64,000 bases of DNA from Lingula anatina (taxonomy: Eukaryota; Animalia; Brachiopoda): contig CM120648.1 of assembly GCA_051362555.1 (NCBI GenBank), positions 16,364,587 through 16,428,586 of the forward strand. Direction: 5' to 3'. The position numbers and the translations under genes were made by a program. Under the pieces are notes generated by a model. That model was not told the DNA's origin. It ran no database searches and worked only from the letters and a program-made list of their open reading frames with translations. This document shows, piece by piece, positions 51,435 through 63,629 of this stretch. Positions within the stretch are counted from its first letter, which is position 1. Every line of letters begins with the position of its first letter.

Positions 51435-54400
51435 TTTTTGAAGACCAAACCATATGACACTGTTGACAACTCAAAACCATCTCATGATAATGTTGTGATC
51501 TCCAATGTAAGATACAGTAACAGAATTAGTATTTTGAAGTTAGTATTTTAGTATTTGAACCCTGATCCTTTCATGAACTCACTTTTCTGATGTGATTCAC
51601 AAACTCTCTCTTGTCTCCAGTATATTTGGTGTTGTCTGGTCCCTTCAGTACTTTACTGGCTGCCACCCTCTCCTCCTTCAGGGATGACAAACAGCGTGCA
51701 AACACAGACTCTCCTGGAAATCAACAAATTGGTGGAAGTCAAAAGTATATAGATACACAGCATTAAAAAATGATTAAAAACTCCATCTGAATTTGTTGCA
51801 AACTTTTAAAACCGCTGAGGTTGAACCATAATTGCTTGTTAAGGTCACAAGCCAAAATTCCAGCACTGATGGTTACTCAATTCATAAGTGTATAAGTAGC
51901 CCATTTCAAAACCCCTGACCATACTGACCTATCAGAGTGACCGGCATTCCGTACTCCAGAGCTGAAATAGCCGTCCACTTTCCTGTGCCTTTCTGGAACA
52001 GTTCAATTAAAATAATGAATCGTATTCTATAACTGTTTCATTTTAGTCACAAAAGTTTACAAACAGCAAAAAAAAATTATACTCCTGTCTTCATCTGTGC
52101 ATGTGCACTTCTCTTAAAAGACATGGCTATAATACACTGTACAAATATAAAAATTCCCCATGCAATACCAAGTACCTGAAATTTTTTATCAGCATTATGG
52201 ATTATACATAAATTAAATGATACTAAGTGAATTTTGCTGTTCAATGTGCTACAATTTATAAGACAACATCAGCTCATTGGGAGTCACCCATTACATGTTA
52301 TATAATTCATATGGGACATTTAAATTTTTGCTCTGTGTATTACACACCAACAGTTAGTGGACCAGTAAAGACCAAAAATTAATGTCAAACATTCGGTAAT
52401 TACTTGACATTTTTGATTGGCCAAAATGATCAAACTTGCAGATACATAAATTCACAATCATAAAATAATATTTCCATATAGCATTAATGGTGCTTTCACT
52501 GCAAAGAACAATACTATAGGTTATTCTGACTTTTAATTTTGCTCTTACCACCTCAACAGAATGTTCTAATTTTAAGAAATTTTGACTTAATACATAAAGT
52601 ATCTGTAAAATTCACAATTTCCACTGAAAGACCGTATAATCACTGCAACTAGAAAAGAAAACTTTCCACCTTACATTTTTTTCACCTCTTTTTTTTTCTT
52701 TGTAAGTTTATTACCTGTCCTGCAGAATCCAGTATCTTCTCTACCAAGACCTCCCCTCTCTCATCTCTGAAGTTCATAATATCTCTGGTGATTTCTATCA
52801 AGAAAGACTCAAGTTCACCCTTGTTCCAATCATCAAATGACTGAAAAGAAAAGAAAAAAAAGGTTATTATCAATTTCAATACATAAAATAAATCAATATA
52901 AAAGGTTGCAATCTGACCAAAAAATAGGCCAATCACAATTTAGTGATTTTTTTAAAGAGTTAACCACACCCAAAATCCCGAAGTTAAAAAATAAACCAGA
53001 CACTTCATCACATGAAGAAAAAATATTCTTATAAGGCCAACATGTACAGTTAAGTCCACATTTATCCAAAATTTTAATTATTCAAAAGATTCCAGAAGAC
53101 AAGGTGTTTCGTGTATCTCTTACCTGAGCCATTTCATTGTGACTCATCCCTAAGACATCCTTCATCAGGTGATACGCCTCACAAATTAACTGCATGTCCC
53201 CGTATTCTATCCCGTTGTGGACCATCTTTACAAAGTGACCGGCGCCCTCTTCTCCTACCTAAAACAGACATGTGTATAACAATTACTTATTAAATTGTGT
53301 CAAACACTTTGGAGTCTCTCATTCTTTAATTTTACTTTTTCAAGAAATTAAATGCCTCTCTTATTCTTTAATTTTACTTTTTCAAGAAATTAAACACCTC
53401 TCTTATTCTTAAATTCAACTTTTTCAAGATTTAATACACCTCTCTTATTCTTTCATACTACTTTTTCAAGAATTTGTCAGTTTCGTCATGTATATAGATG
53501 TACTTTGAGACACAAAGCATACATCTTAAAGAATTACAAAGAAAAAAAAGAAAACAGAAAAAAAAAACAACTTCTACCCAATCACAACAAGGCTCTCCAT
53601 TTGTTTTAGCTGCAATGGACTGGAAGATAGGCTTGATGTGAGGCCTGGAATAAAATAAAATAAGATAAATAAATACTGGGATAATATAAACAACTTCATG
53701 ATAACTGGAAATATTTTATATCATTTATAGTATGCTCGTTTTCTGAATTGGGCTCACCTACAGTTTTTGGAAATCATGCAACTGTTCACCTTCCACAAGC
53801 AGGAAATAACTACACTGTAAAAGATTAGCTGACCCCCTCTTGCCAAAGAAACAAAAAACCCAATTAGCAAATATTTAAACGAATACAAGAATATTGACAA
53901 AAAAAAAAAAAAAATTCACTCTTGTTGACTTTGTCTTGATACTTAGCTAAAAACCCAATATGGTGTCAATGCTTACCAAGCCTCTGGCGCGCCCCCTGGC
54001 ATTAGGGAAGGACCATATCTGGCGCCATCTTCCCCACCGCTGACACCACTGCCCACGAATAAGATTCCCTTCTCTTTGAGGCTGCGACACCTCCTCTGAG
54101 CAAAGAAAAAAAAAATAATGATGATGAATAGATAAATAAATTAAAGAAAAACATTTCTTGAAAATACACATATGAATACACATTTTTTCCCTCTCTACAT
54201 AGACAATGGTGTGTCTTATATACACTTTGCTTAAATGTACTGTAAATTGGGCCCGAAGGAAAAGTATGCTTGAGGAAATACAATTAATGTAAAAAAAGAA
54301 ATGTTATGATACACATCCTGTATCCTGATGACTTTAAATTGATCTTATTTAATTTTTTCAAAAAGTCAAACTCACATTTGTGTCAGTGTATTCTGAGTTT

Positions 54401-55308
54401 CCTCCGTCTATGATGATGTCTCCAGACTCCAGTAATGGTACCTGAAATATTGCCACTTATATAATTAATTATTTTCTCAACAGTTTTGGATATACTGGTA
54501 CCTACTGGCTGTGTAAGGGAAACTTTAAAAGCATGCAGTAAAGTCAACCGTGCCTCTTTATCTATATAATTTGTTTTAATATCAGCTACATGTATTTCCT
54601 CTTCATTATATGCTATTTAGTACTCTATTGCAGAACTCTTAAAAATAAATAAATAAAATAAAAAAACTCAGCAATACACTTATCACAAATTTAAATGAAG
54701 ATGAACAGTGGTACTGCCTCTCTGACATCAGTAACTCAGAACTTAAAATCAAGTTTTAAGATACTCATTTTAATTTTGGAAAGGGTATGCCCTGGTGTTC
54801 AAAGGAAAACGTTGATATTTCAAGGTTTCTTTTTTTTTTGTGTATAATGTATGTACAAGTAACAACCTAACCTCCAACTAACTGTACTGACCAGCTTCTC
54901 AATGAAGGCATCCACTGCAGACCCAGCTTTCACCAGCATCATGACGCGGCGCGGTTTCTTCAACGTCTTCACCATTTCTTCCAAACTCTTCGCTCCTATC
55001 ACTTTAGTACCTTTAGCTTCATTGGCCAGAAAAGTATCAACTTTCTCCACTGTTCTGTTAAATGCACACACCTAGTGAGGAGTTTAAATGAATATCAAAA
55101 TAAGTTTTGGCACTACTTATTATCCCACGGCTGGCACTTTGAAAAATAGGATAATTGCATTTATGATTTCACAATCTATAACATTATCTAACAAAAAACA
55201 ATAATTTAACAATATACATGTAACTTACTACAAATCCATGGTCATTCATGTTAAGGATAAGGTTCTGGCCCATGACGGCCAGCCCAATCAAGGCTATATC
55301 TGCTCTGA

Positions 55309-55354
<46 letters not shown>

Positions 55355-57363
55355 TTAGAAGCCCGTTCTGAATATCACATCATGCATGACAAGAATCAGG
55401 AAAACAATTCTTAATTTGATACAAAATGAGGCATGATTTCTTCAAGTTGATACTTCTGTGTAAAGTTGTAATTGTCTAATGAATAAATAAATAAATAAAT
55501 AAAATACTAGTATAGTACTCCTGAAAAAATGATGGAGACCATTCATCAAAGGGGTTGGATTAGTGTTTGTTTATAAATTTACCAGCTGACGGCCAGCAAA
55601 ATTTTTATTTGCTCTGAGCAAATCTTTTCATTGGACAGAAATGTGCACAGGTTAGCCAGAGAAATATCTGTGAATATCTTGTGAAAAAAAATATCAGTTT
55701 GTGACACTTATTTCTAGAGAGCCTAGTATTTCTGCATACTAGTTGGGGTGAGAGAGTAATAGTACATGTATAATGTGTCTCGGGTCTCTTTATGTATGTG
55801 GGGGTGCTATCCAATCTCAGCTTACTTATACAAAGCTACTGTAAATTGTAAACCTAAAAGGAATTCTGAATATTGCATCAATGTCTAGGACCATCAATGG
55901 CAGGCTACAGTGATCAAAACATAACCTCTGGTGCCACTACAGTAGGTAACCTCCCCACCCCCACCAGTGATGAAGTCTACTACCGGGTAGTTTTGGGCCA
56001 GTAGCCACCAATTTCAAAGGGGGGGGGGGGGGGGGGGGGGGCTTTTTCTGAAAAAGTTGACCTTTTACCATGAAACCTTCAGGTACTAGTACTTTAATAA
56101 AATCATACCCAGAGGGGGCATTTCTTAGCAATAAGGGGGTTATTTCCAACCCAATGACCCCCCCTCACTACAGGCCTGAGTTTACTCCTGTAGTAAAGGC
56201 TGAAACAGGGCCCTAGCTCTTTGTGAATTCCCTGTCCACTTTTCATTTTACCACTGAGTGCAGTCGTGACTTACTACTTACACAGAAGTAACACACATAT
56301 TGTGTTTGCCAATAAAACCACACAGACGTGATGCCACGGATTTGGAATATGTACAAAAGGATTGTGTTACACTCCTGACACAAAGTGGCACAAATAAAAG
56401 CATCAAATCACAACTAGGATACAAGATTCCTCTCAGCCTCTCTAACTGAAAGGAGATCAAAAATTTCATCAAGTTATCTGAATGTGAAATACTAATTCTA
56501 AGGCATGATTTCAAGCATAATGTCCATATAGTAATTACACACACCAGTGCCTTCTTTGTTGCCAATACAACATCTCAATTGTGCGACAAGATAGAAAATT
56601 TGCTCAATCAAGTTGGGTGGTGTTCTTGGATATAAAACTTGCTAGTGGACATGTGTATTTATAATTACTTGTGTGGCCCATTCACAGATTACCCTTAGCT
56701 GAAAATCTGCCTCACCACAGACTTTGAAAAAAAAAAAAAATGACCAGCTACATGTACTAGTACATGTATACTCAGTACCTATAGTATCCATGCATTCTAG
56801 CCATAGGAAGATTCACTAATAAATTATCTTTATCTTAATGGAATATTTGCTGATGGCACGGTATGATAAACTCCCTGTAAAATGTTAATGACAATCCATA
56901 AATAAAGTTCAGTTAAATTATGCTCTGGTACTGCAGTAATATGCTACAGGATACATGTACACTAGTAAAGGAATCGTGATTCAGCAATTATAAACGACAG
57001 GATTGTTCCATCTCTTGCTAAAAAAACACGCTAGCTGAAAAGTCTCAGCAACTAAGGCATTGTTAACACTCATAAAACAAACAAATAGCAATATCACGCA
57101 CTGCAAACACACGGACTGTGCTCGACAAATCTTCAACTTGACCCCTAACTCACCTCGCCGGTGGAAACGAACGAGGAATGCAATGCTGGCGATTTAATAT
57201 TCTAACTCCACGACATCAGCATAAGCAAACTGGACGTTTCAGGGACATAAAAACGTGTCTAATCAATTCATTACTCAGTTGTCACCTAGATATAACAATC
57301 AGAAACGACATAAAACAGTTAAAATTTACAAGGAAGTTTTAATACTCACTTTCCCTCGGCCAT
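47675..57363 (-). CDS. PGD: 6-phosphogluconate dehydrogenase, decarboxylating; 14 exons, ~484 aa
   Basis: Exons high to low: 57363-57350, 55304-55229, 55071-54892, 54441-54376, 54095-53977, 53644-53578, 53258-53124, 52840-52715, 51992-51929, 51713-51583, 51196-51063, 50490-50391, 49914-49792, 47794-47675. Motifs [101 protein letters not shown]. Confidence 0.97.
47781..49440. repeat. 73-75 bp tandem repeat (5 units) containing the PGD last-exon splice acceptor, split by a LINE
   Basis: Unit TAGTCCCTCTGGGCCTGGGATAGAGAGAACATAATTA.ATCTAGAGTATACACAACACTAGAACTAATTAAAT starts at 47781, 47854, 47927, 49302 and 49377. Confidence 0.92.
47972..49265 (+). mobile_element. 5'-truncated LINE (RTEX/CR1-like ORF2 C-terminus) in PGD intron 13, antisense to PGD
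   Basis: [48 protein letters not shown]...[14 protein letters not shown]. Ends AATAAACTTCTGATTC; TATGTA duplicated at 47966-47971 and 49266-49271. Confidence 0.9.
50579..50753 (+). mobile_element. MITE family C, intact
   Basis: GTATA|CAGGCCCGTAGCCAG...CTGGCTACGGGCCTG|GTATA. Confidence 0.9.
53315..53473. repeat. ~41-bp tandem repeat, 4 copies, PGD intron 6
   Basis: CTCTCTTATTCTTTAATTTTACTTTTTCAAGAAATTAAA units. Confidence 0.85.
55994..56178 (+). mobile_element. MITE family C, diverged copy
   Basis: AGTTT|TGGGCCAGTAGCC...CTACAGGCCTG|AGTTT; internal TTTTCTGAAAAAGTTGACCTTTT. Confidence 0.8.
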
Positions 57364-57652
57364 GTTGTTAGAGCAGTAGACACTTTAAGTCACGTGACTG
57401 GTAATGTGACGTAAAATGAGTCTGATTTAAATAATTTAGATTTTTTTTCTTTAAAAATTTATTGTTCTATATTTTCATAATCCTTGATGTAAAGTTTATA
57501 GTTTTGGTCTGAAGAAGCAACTTGGATATTTATTAACAGATTTCCCACAATGCAATAAAATAATGTCAGCGCCCTTGGTTGCTCCCGAGTTGATTACAGA
57601 CAAATTTATTTAAAGATTCCTTGGCCCTGAGTCCACCTCGGTGCCCATAAAC
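57364..57652. promoter_or_regulatory. Bidirectional promoter region shared by PGD and MRPL20
   Basis: Divergent ATGs separated by 289 bp; palindromic E-box AGTCACGTGACT at 57388-57399 and CRE-like TGACGTAA at 57407-57414. Confidence 0.75.
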
Positions 57653-59684
57653 ATGGTTCACATTACTGCAAGCTGTTTGGGAAGATCTCGGCATGCAGAC
57701 AAATACTGGGGAAGGCAGCAAATCTTTAGACTTACGGCGGTAAGTTACTTTGCGCGTTGCCCGAGTGATAAACATAGACACGAGGCTTCAACTTGAAGTT
57801 CAAGTTAAGAAATAAGTTAATTTGTTTAAATTGCTTCAAACTTTCAAAGTGCAAGTCTTCCTGTCGACCTTTTGAAAGTATTATTTATTTATTTATTTAT
57901 TTATTATTATTATTATTATTTTTTTTTTTTTTGGGGGGGGAGGGGGATATTTAATATTTTTGGCACTAGTTGTGCCATCCTTGCCTCAGTTTTCAGTTTT
58001 TAATGCAAAAAGGTCTACCAAAAATGCGCAATAAGCACAATCCACTAGAAAACACCAGTACACTCCCAAGAAAACATAGAAAACGACGGTCATTCCCTTG
58101 GAAATGGGGTGATATGAAAGGGAAATTTATTCAAAGATAATAAATGTTGTTGATGCAAATTGGAACTATTTATTTTTAACGTCAGATCATATTCTCAAGA
58201 AGAGCCACTCACCAACATGGCAGATGACTCAACCATAAACAAGCCTTGCCCATTTTTTAAGTTGTATCAACAATATTTATTTCTTAGTAATATATTTCAC
58301 GTTTACATTGTCCTGTTTTCTTGCGCATGACTATTACCTGTGTTTACTTGCAATAAAATGAACTGGAGGAGACAGGATTAAGTTTGAGATGGTTATATGT
58401 CCAGCACATGTAATATCACAGTTATGCACCTATTACACACCATTTCCATAGATTTTTAGATCGATCTATCCCTGTGGGGAGTCTCACTAGATTACTGTCA
58501 ACTTGGCCAGCTTAAGCGTCTGTCCTGCCTACTAAAAGCTGTAAGGGGGTAATTAACTATGGTGCCCGCTCGGCTGACTGCAATTTAGCGTGAACCCCCA
58601 GGGAGTTAGGTCGATCTAAAACTTAATCTTTAGATCGATCTAAATCTCTGGGAAAGCACCCTTACACACCACTCTGGGCTAGCACTAGGAATTTTTTTTT
58701 TTTTTGCTTAGCCAAATCACCACATTTTTGTCAATTTGTTATCAAAATGGTTATAATTTGGCTAAAACATGTCAAATCTAGCCCTTTTTCTTAAGCCAAT
58801 TTAAGTCAGTTTTAGCATTTGGCTAAACTGGTGAGTGTTAGGGCTACCCCAGCCACTACACGTCACTTCCGGCACAATCCTGTCTCCTCTATTAGATTCA
58901 TTTTTGCTAGTTAAGTGTCTTGGACTGGGTTAAGTCACATTGTGGTGTAATGTGCATGTTAACGGCACCACAGACATGCTAAAACTGAGGCAAGTGTCAA
59001 CCACGCAGTCATAAACTTATGTTTTCCTTCCAGCATTACTTTGGTCGCAAGAGAAATTGTTACACCATCGCAGTGAGGTATGCACAGAAGGCTCTACAGC
59101 ACGCCATGAGAGGGCGACGGGACAAAAAGAAGGTCATGCGACAGGTAAAGCATAGGCATTAGACTTCTTTTTTCTTATTGTAAGGTTTGGCTTTGAATAC
59201 AGATTTTAAGGTCATTGTTACTCTGAATTGAGCATTGTGATGAGCTGCGTTTGTCAATGCAGCTGTGATTGAGGTATTTTGATAAGCTGTTTCTTAGTAT
59301 GCACTGTGAGACGGTTCTGTGAATGCAGCATTTTGATTTTAAATTTATACAATTGTTTCTGTGAACTCAACATGTTGATGGTTTATTAATTAAATGAAAA
59401 TTCGTTGTTTCTGTCACAGCAACATTTGAATCAGTTGTCACAATAAATTCAATAATTCATTATAATTTTCTTCTCTGTTGGATTCAGTAACTGAACATGT
59501 TGTTTCTGTGGTTTCAGCTGTGGCACATTCGTCTTAACGCAGCATGCATTGAACACGGGATTGGAGCTAAGGACTTCTTCGAGGCACTTTCAAGGGTACA
59601 TTTTATAACCACACTTGGACATAAGTTTTGATTTAGTAAAATAGCTTACAGGCATACAACACAAGTTAGCCCATTGTAAACCTG

Positions 59685-59735
<51 letters not shown>

Positions 59736-60936
59736 CATTAAAGATAATTATTTTCCTGGATTTTTTAGCAATAATCACTCTTAAATTAACACCATGTTAT
59801 ACCATTGAAAGAATTATAAGCTGTAAACCTGCTTTTCCTCTCTTTATTTTCTCCTTCTTTGTGATGAGAGTGCCTCAAAAACTAGAAACTTAGATCTAAA
59901 AAAAGTTTGTGGATGTTAATTCTGTGAATGGTATTTAGCATAGCACACCCTGGCAATTTCAATACAAATACTGGTGCAAACATTAATAATTGTAACAAAT
60001 AAGTTGTAACAAATAACTCTTTATCTGCAAACCACATACTTGTATATATAATTTTTTTTTCCATTTTAGTTAAACATACACTTGGACAGAAACATGTTAG
60101 TCACGCTGGCTGTTTACGAACCCAGGACCTTTGAGGTTTGTAAAGTGAAGATAAAATGGACAGCCACAAAATTTTGTGGTCAAGAACTCACATATTTTCT
60201 GTGTTGATAGCCTGAAATTATGCCTGTAGTCCCAACAGACCCTGTTTGCATATAAATGAATGACCCTGTGCAACAATTGCATATTTATACTAAGTCAAAA
60301 TGAAAGGAATGCAACCGGCATTCACTTTAGTACATAAAGATAAGTAAACAGGTGGTCTTGAAAAGGGCATACATTTTGTTTATTTCTGAGTTGGCGTTTC
60401 ATCAAATGATGTTTAGAAAATACCAGGAAATTGTTCAGGACACAATCTTAATCCTAAATACAGTTTTAGATAATTAGAAATACAACAATAAAAGAAATGA
60501 ATGGTATCATTTTAGACAGACCTTTATGCAAACCTCTTGTCATTTTAAATGATAGCATTTGACTTTTTTTAGTTCTTCTTTTTAAACAGTCTCAATATTG
60601 ATTTATTTGACATTCTATTTTAATACTTGTAATGTTTCATAAAGATTTTATAACAGAGTTTAGACTATAAATTATAAGTATAACTACTATTATTAGAAAA
60701 AATTGGTCAATTGAAAATTGAAGAATTTGATTGAGCTTGTTGGGTGAGGCAAAATTTCAAATTACCATTTGTTGGTTTAAAGAACTGCAGCAACTTTTCA
60801 AATAAATGCATTGTTCCCTTGTTTGTGATAATTTCAGAGTTTGGTGGAGATCAGTAAGAGATACTGGACCCAGCAAGGCATCACAGTGGAGGGCCTGAAG
60901 CAACCAGTGGGAATACTTACCAGAGGAATGTTATGA
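57653..60936 (+). CDS. MRPL20: Mitochondrial ribosomal protein L20 (bL20m), 5 exons, ~146 aa
   Basis: Phase-0 exons 57653-57739, 59034-59144, 59518-59595, 60070-60135, 60838-60936 give MVHITASCLGRSRHADKYW...HYFGRKRNCYTIAVR...KKVMRQLWHIRLNAACIEHG...LDRNMLVTLAVYEPRTFESL; AATAAA at ~60954. Confidence 0.92.
58436..58661 (-). mobile_element. MITE family B copy in MRPL20 intron 1
   Basis: Near reverse complement of 35113-35345; TTA on both sides. Confidence 0.88.
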
Positions 60937-62118
60937 TTGTGTAGAAAAATAATAATAAAACTCTGTTGGACACGTGACAGTATATCACCACTGATGCCAT
61001 TATTGTTACAGTTACTGTAATTACTCGTTCATTTCAAACAAAAATTAATTTACAGAAAATTTGGAAACTCGTCAGGTATTACAGGCGTGCTGACTGAAGG
61101 ACCTGCATAAGTTTCACCTAAAACGCCTGTCTGGCTTCACAAGTGCTTGGTGATTGATGAGAAGCAAGTAGCTGTCAAAGTTTTGCCATAACTGTGGGTA
61201 GTGCTTATAATACCTGAATAAGTTGGGTCAGACTTTTAGTAAAATGAACAATGCTCACGTAAGGAATTATGTGTCCGTTAATAACTTTAAATGAGACGCT
61301 GAAAGTTTGTAAAGATATTCTGTCAGAATTTGTTGGGTGCATGAAATGTACGGGCGATTACTGTTACTGTGACTATTTTCACTGCGGGAGAAATAGAAGT
61401 AGTATTTAGGGACGTGCTGGAGAACGGTTTGAAATGGTGGCTTATGCAATTGTTGCAGACGACACGGTTCTTTACTTCGATAGTGACGTTATGTTCGAGA
61501 ACGGTTTTCACGAAAATGCATATAGTTTACCGTGTGCTTACCAGGCGCCATGTTGATAGCAGCGCCATCTAGCGAGTGCTGCGAAATATAAAAGAAGAGA
61601 GAACGTGTTCTAATTAAACGACTGTTCGTGTTTGTATATAAGGCAGCAACTGCAGTGGTTGATGCGCCTGAGAAGAGCACTGCTGCTACATTGTTTGTTG
61701 TCTTTATTCTTTTGACAGTTTTGAAATTGTTAAAACCGTGTCAAAATAAATTCGAAGTTGTAATGGTAAATGATGTGCATACATGACAGAAATAAAAAAA
61801 AGTTTAATGCTAATATTCGTTTGAAATTATTATTCAAGTTGTCTTTCATGTATATTGTAGGTACAAAAGATTCAATATGACGCGCCCCTTTTTGACATTT
61901 TAATCTCAATGAGTATTTATCTTGAGCAAATCTTGTTGAACGTATTTTTTTTTCCTTTGGTTATAGTTGAGCACTTGTAGCTTGCGAACATTTCTTAACT
62001 CCAATATTTCCATAACTGAACCATTTTCTAGCCCCAAAGTGTCTGTGTTATGTGAAGTCTGCTGTATAAAGGATGCCTCACATCTCTGCTTCAGAAAATT
62101 ATATTATAATTAAATAAT

Positions 62119-62589
62119 TGTTGTAAAGCAAATGACATACACTTTCGTCAATTACAAAACAATGTAAACTGAATGAAATGTGTAGAAAGTTATTGAGTAC
62201 AAGTAAATTTCTTTGAGTGCCAGTAAGTGTAGATATTGTTCTAGAAGTAAGAAAGTATGGAACGTTTCAGAGTCCGATATAGTTGGATCAGATTGGTTAA
62301 TTTTTCTCATCTGATTTGCGCGTGTTTAACACGTGTAGAACTCATGCATTCTTGAATTGGACAGGATCCAAGATGAGTAACTCGGATAATATTTTAGATA
62401 TTTTAAATCATAAACAAGTCTCATTTAAATTACTAAATTAGGGAATATTGAATAGAGTTTTGTAACATGAGAATGGGAAATTTGAGAATGGAAAATAGTG
62501 TATAAAAACTTGTACATTCTGTGAAAAAGAGAGTCGGTGAATAAACGTTCGAAAGCTCCAAACTGCTGTCGTCATTCCTCACTATAACA
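62119..62589 (+). mobile_element. 5' LTR of a Gypsy/Ty3 retrotransposon
   Basis: TGTTGTA...TATAACA termini, TATAAAA at 62501, AATAAA at 62540, followed by PBS-like TGGTGGAGG at 62592 (complementary to a ...CUCCACCA tRNA 3' end, as in tRNA-Ala). Confidence 0.85.
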
Positions 62590-62813
62590 AGTGGTGGAGG
62601 AAAAATCGATCCCCGCTCTACCGAGGCAAGCGCATCGGCGATAAAGTTATGGTGATGACGGCAGCAGGAGCGTAGACACCGATGAGTTCACACCATCCAC
62701 CCAGAGGCAAACATCGTCAGTGTCTCAGCGCAGAGGAAACCGAGTATGCTGAGTAATGAAAATAACTAAAAGTCATTACCCTAGCAACAATTAATAACTG
62801 AAAAAAGACGAAG

Positions 62814-63629
62814 ATGTCCTCAGATTTATCTTTGGCGCCAGAAAAGTTTTCTGGTAACGGAAACGAAGATATCGAAAGGTGGCTAAAGCAGTTTGATAAC
62901 TATACACTGTATAAAAAATTAGAAGAAGTCCAAATTACCGCCTTGTTTCCTCTGTTGCTCAAGCAATCCGCCATAGACTGGTATGAGTTGTTGCCAGCTA
63001 CAGTACAGAAAAATTGGGAATTGCTCGTCCGCGAGTTCCGTGCCAGGTACCAACTAAGAGACGGAGAAACGTGGGCGAGAGCTTCAGAATTTTTTAGACG
63101 GCATCAGCTGCCAGAAGAACCGGTGCAGAACTACATTGCGGCAATGCGCCACGACGCCAAACGTGCGCGTTTAGATGAGGGAACGGCCCTTACGGTGATT
63201 ATAAACGGGATACTCCCCGAGATCCGCCCCTTCGTAGTGCAGAGGGAGCCATCTGATTTTGAGTCCTTGATGCACCATGCGCGCATCGCGGAAAATGCGG
63301 TGCAGCCGACCAAAAGGAACCAACGAACTGAAATAAAGATGATAACGGAGAAAATAGACGCGTTGCAGAACTCCATCAGTGATGCCGTACGTACCAGCGC
63401 ACAGTCGGCGATCCACATGGTACAAAACCCAAAGCTAACTAGTGATGAAAGAAACTTGGCACCCCCAAGAGCGAGTCCTTTTGCGCCTCCCAAAAAGTTC
63501 TGGCACAACGCCAACGGCCCAAGACGTATGCTCCAGCGAAACATTTATCTGCGACGCCCAGATCACAAATTAACCAATCTGATCCAACTATATCGGACTC
63601 TGAAACGTTCCATACTTTCTTACTTCTAG
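62814..63629 (+). CDS. gag: Gypsy retrotransposon Gag, truncated; last ~20 codons derive from inverted LTR sequence
   Basis: KFSGNGNEDIERWLKQF, LLKQSAIDWY, QLPEEPVQNY...R and INGILPEIR are retrotransposon-Gag capsid motifs; located downstream of LTR and PBS. Confidence 0.85.
   Translation: MSSDLSLAPEKFSGNGNEDIERWLKQFDNYTLYKKLEEVQITALFPLLLKQSAIDWYELLPATVQKNWELLVREFRARYQLRDGETWARASEFFRRHQLPEEPVQNYIAAMRHDAKRARLDEGTALTVIINGILPEIRPFVVQREPSDFESLMHHARIAENAVQPTKRNQRTEIKMITEKIDALQNSISDAVRTSAQSAIHMVQNPKLTSDERNLAPPRASPFAPPKKFWHNANGPRRMLQRNIYLRRPDHKLTNLIQLYRTLKRSILSYF

Noticed and set aside
58976-59013. ATG as MRPL20 start
   Set aside because: It hits a stop after 12 codons; the true first exon is 57653-57739.
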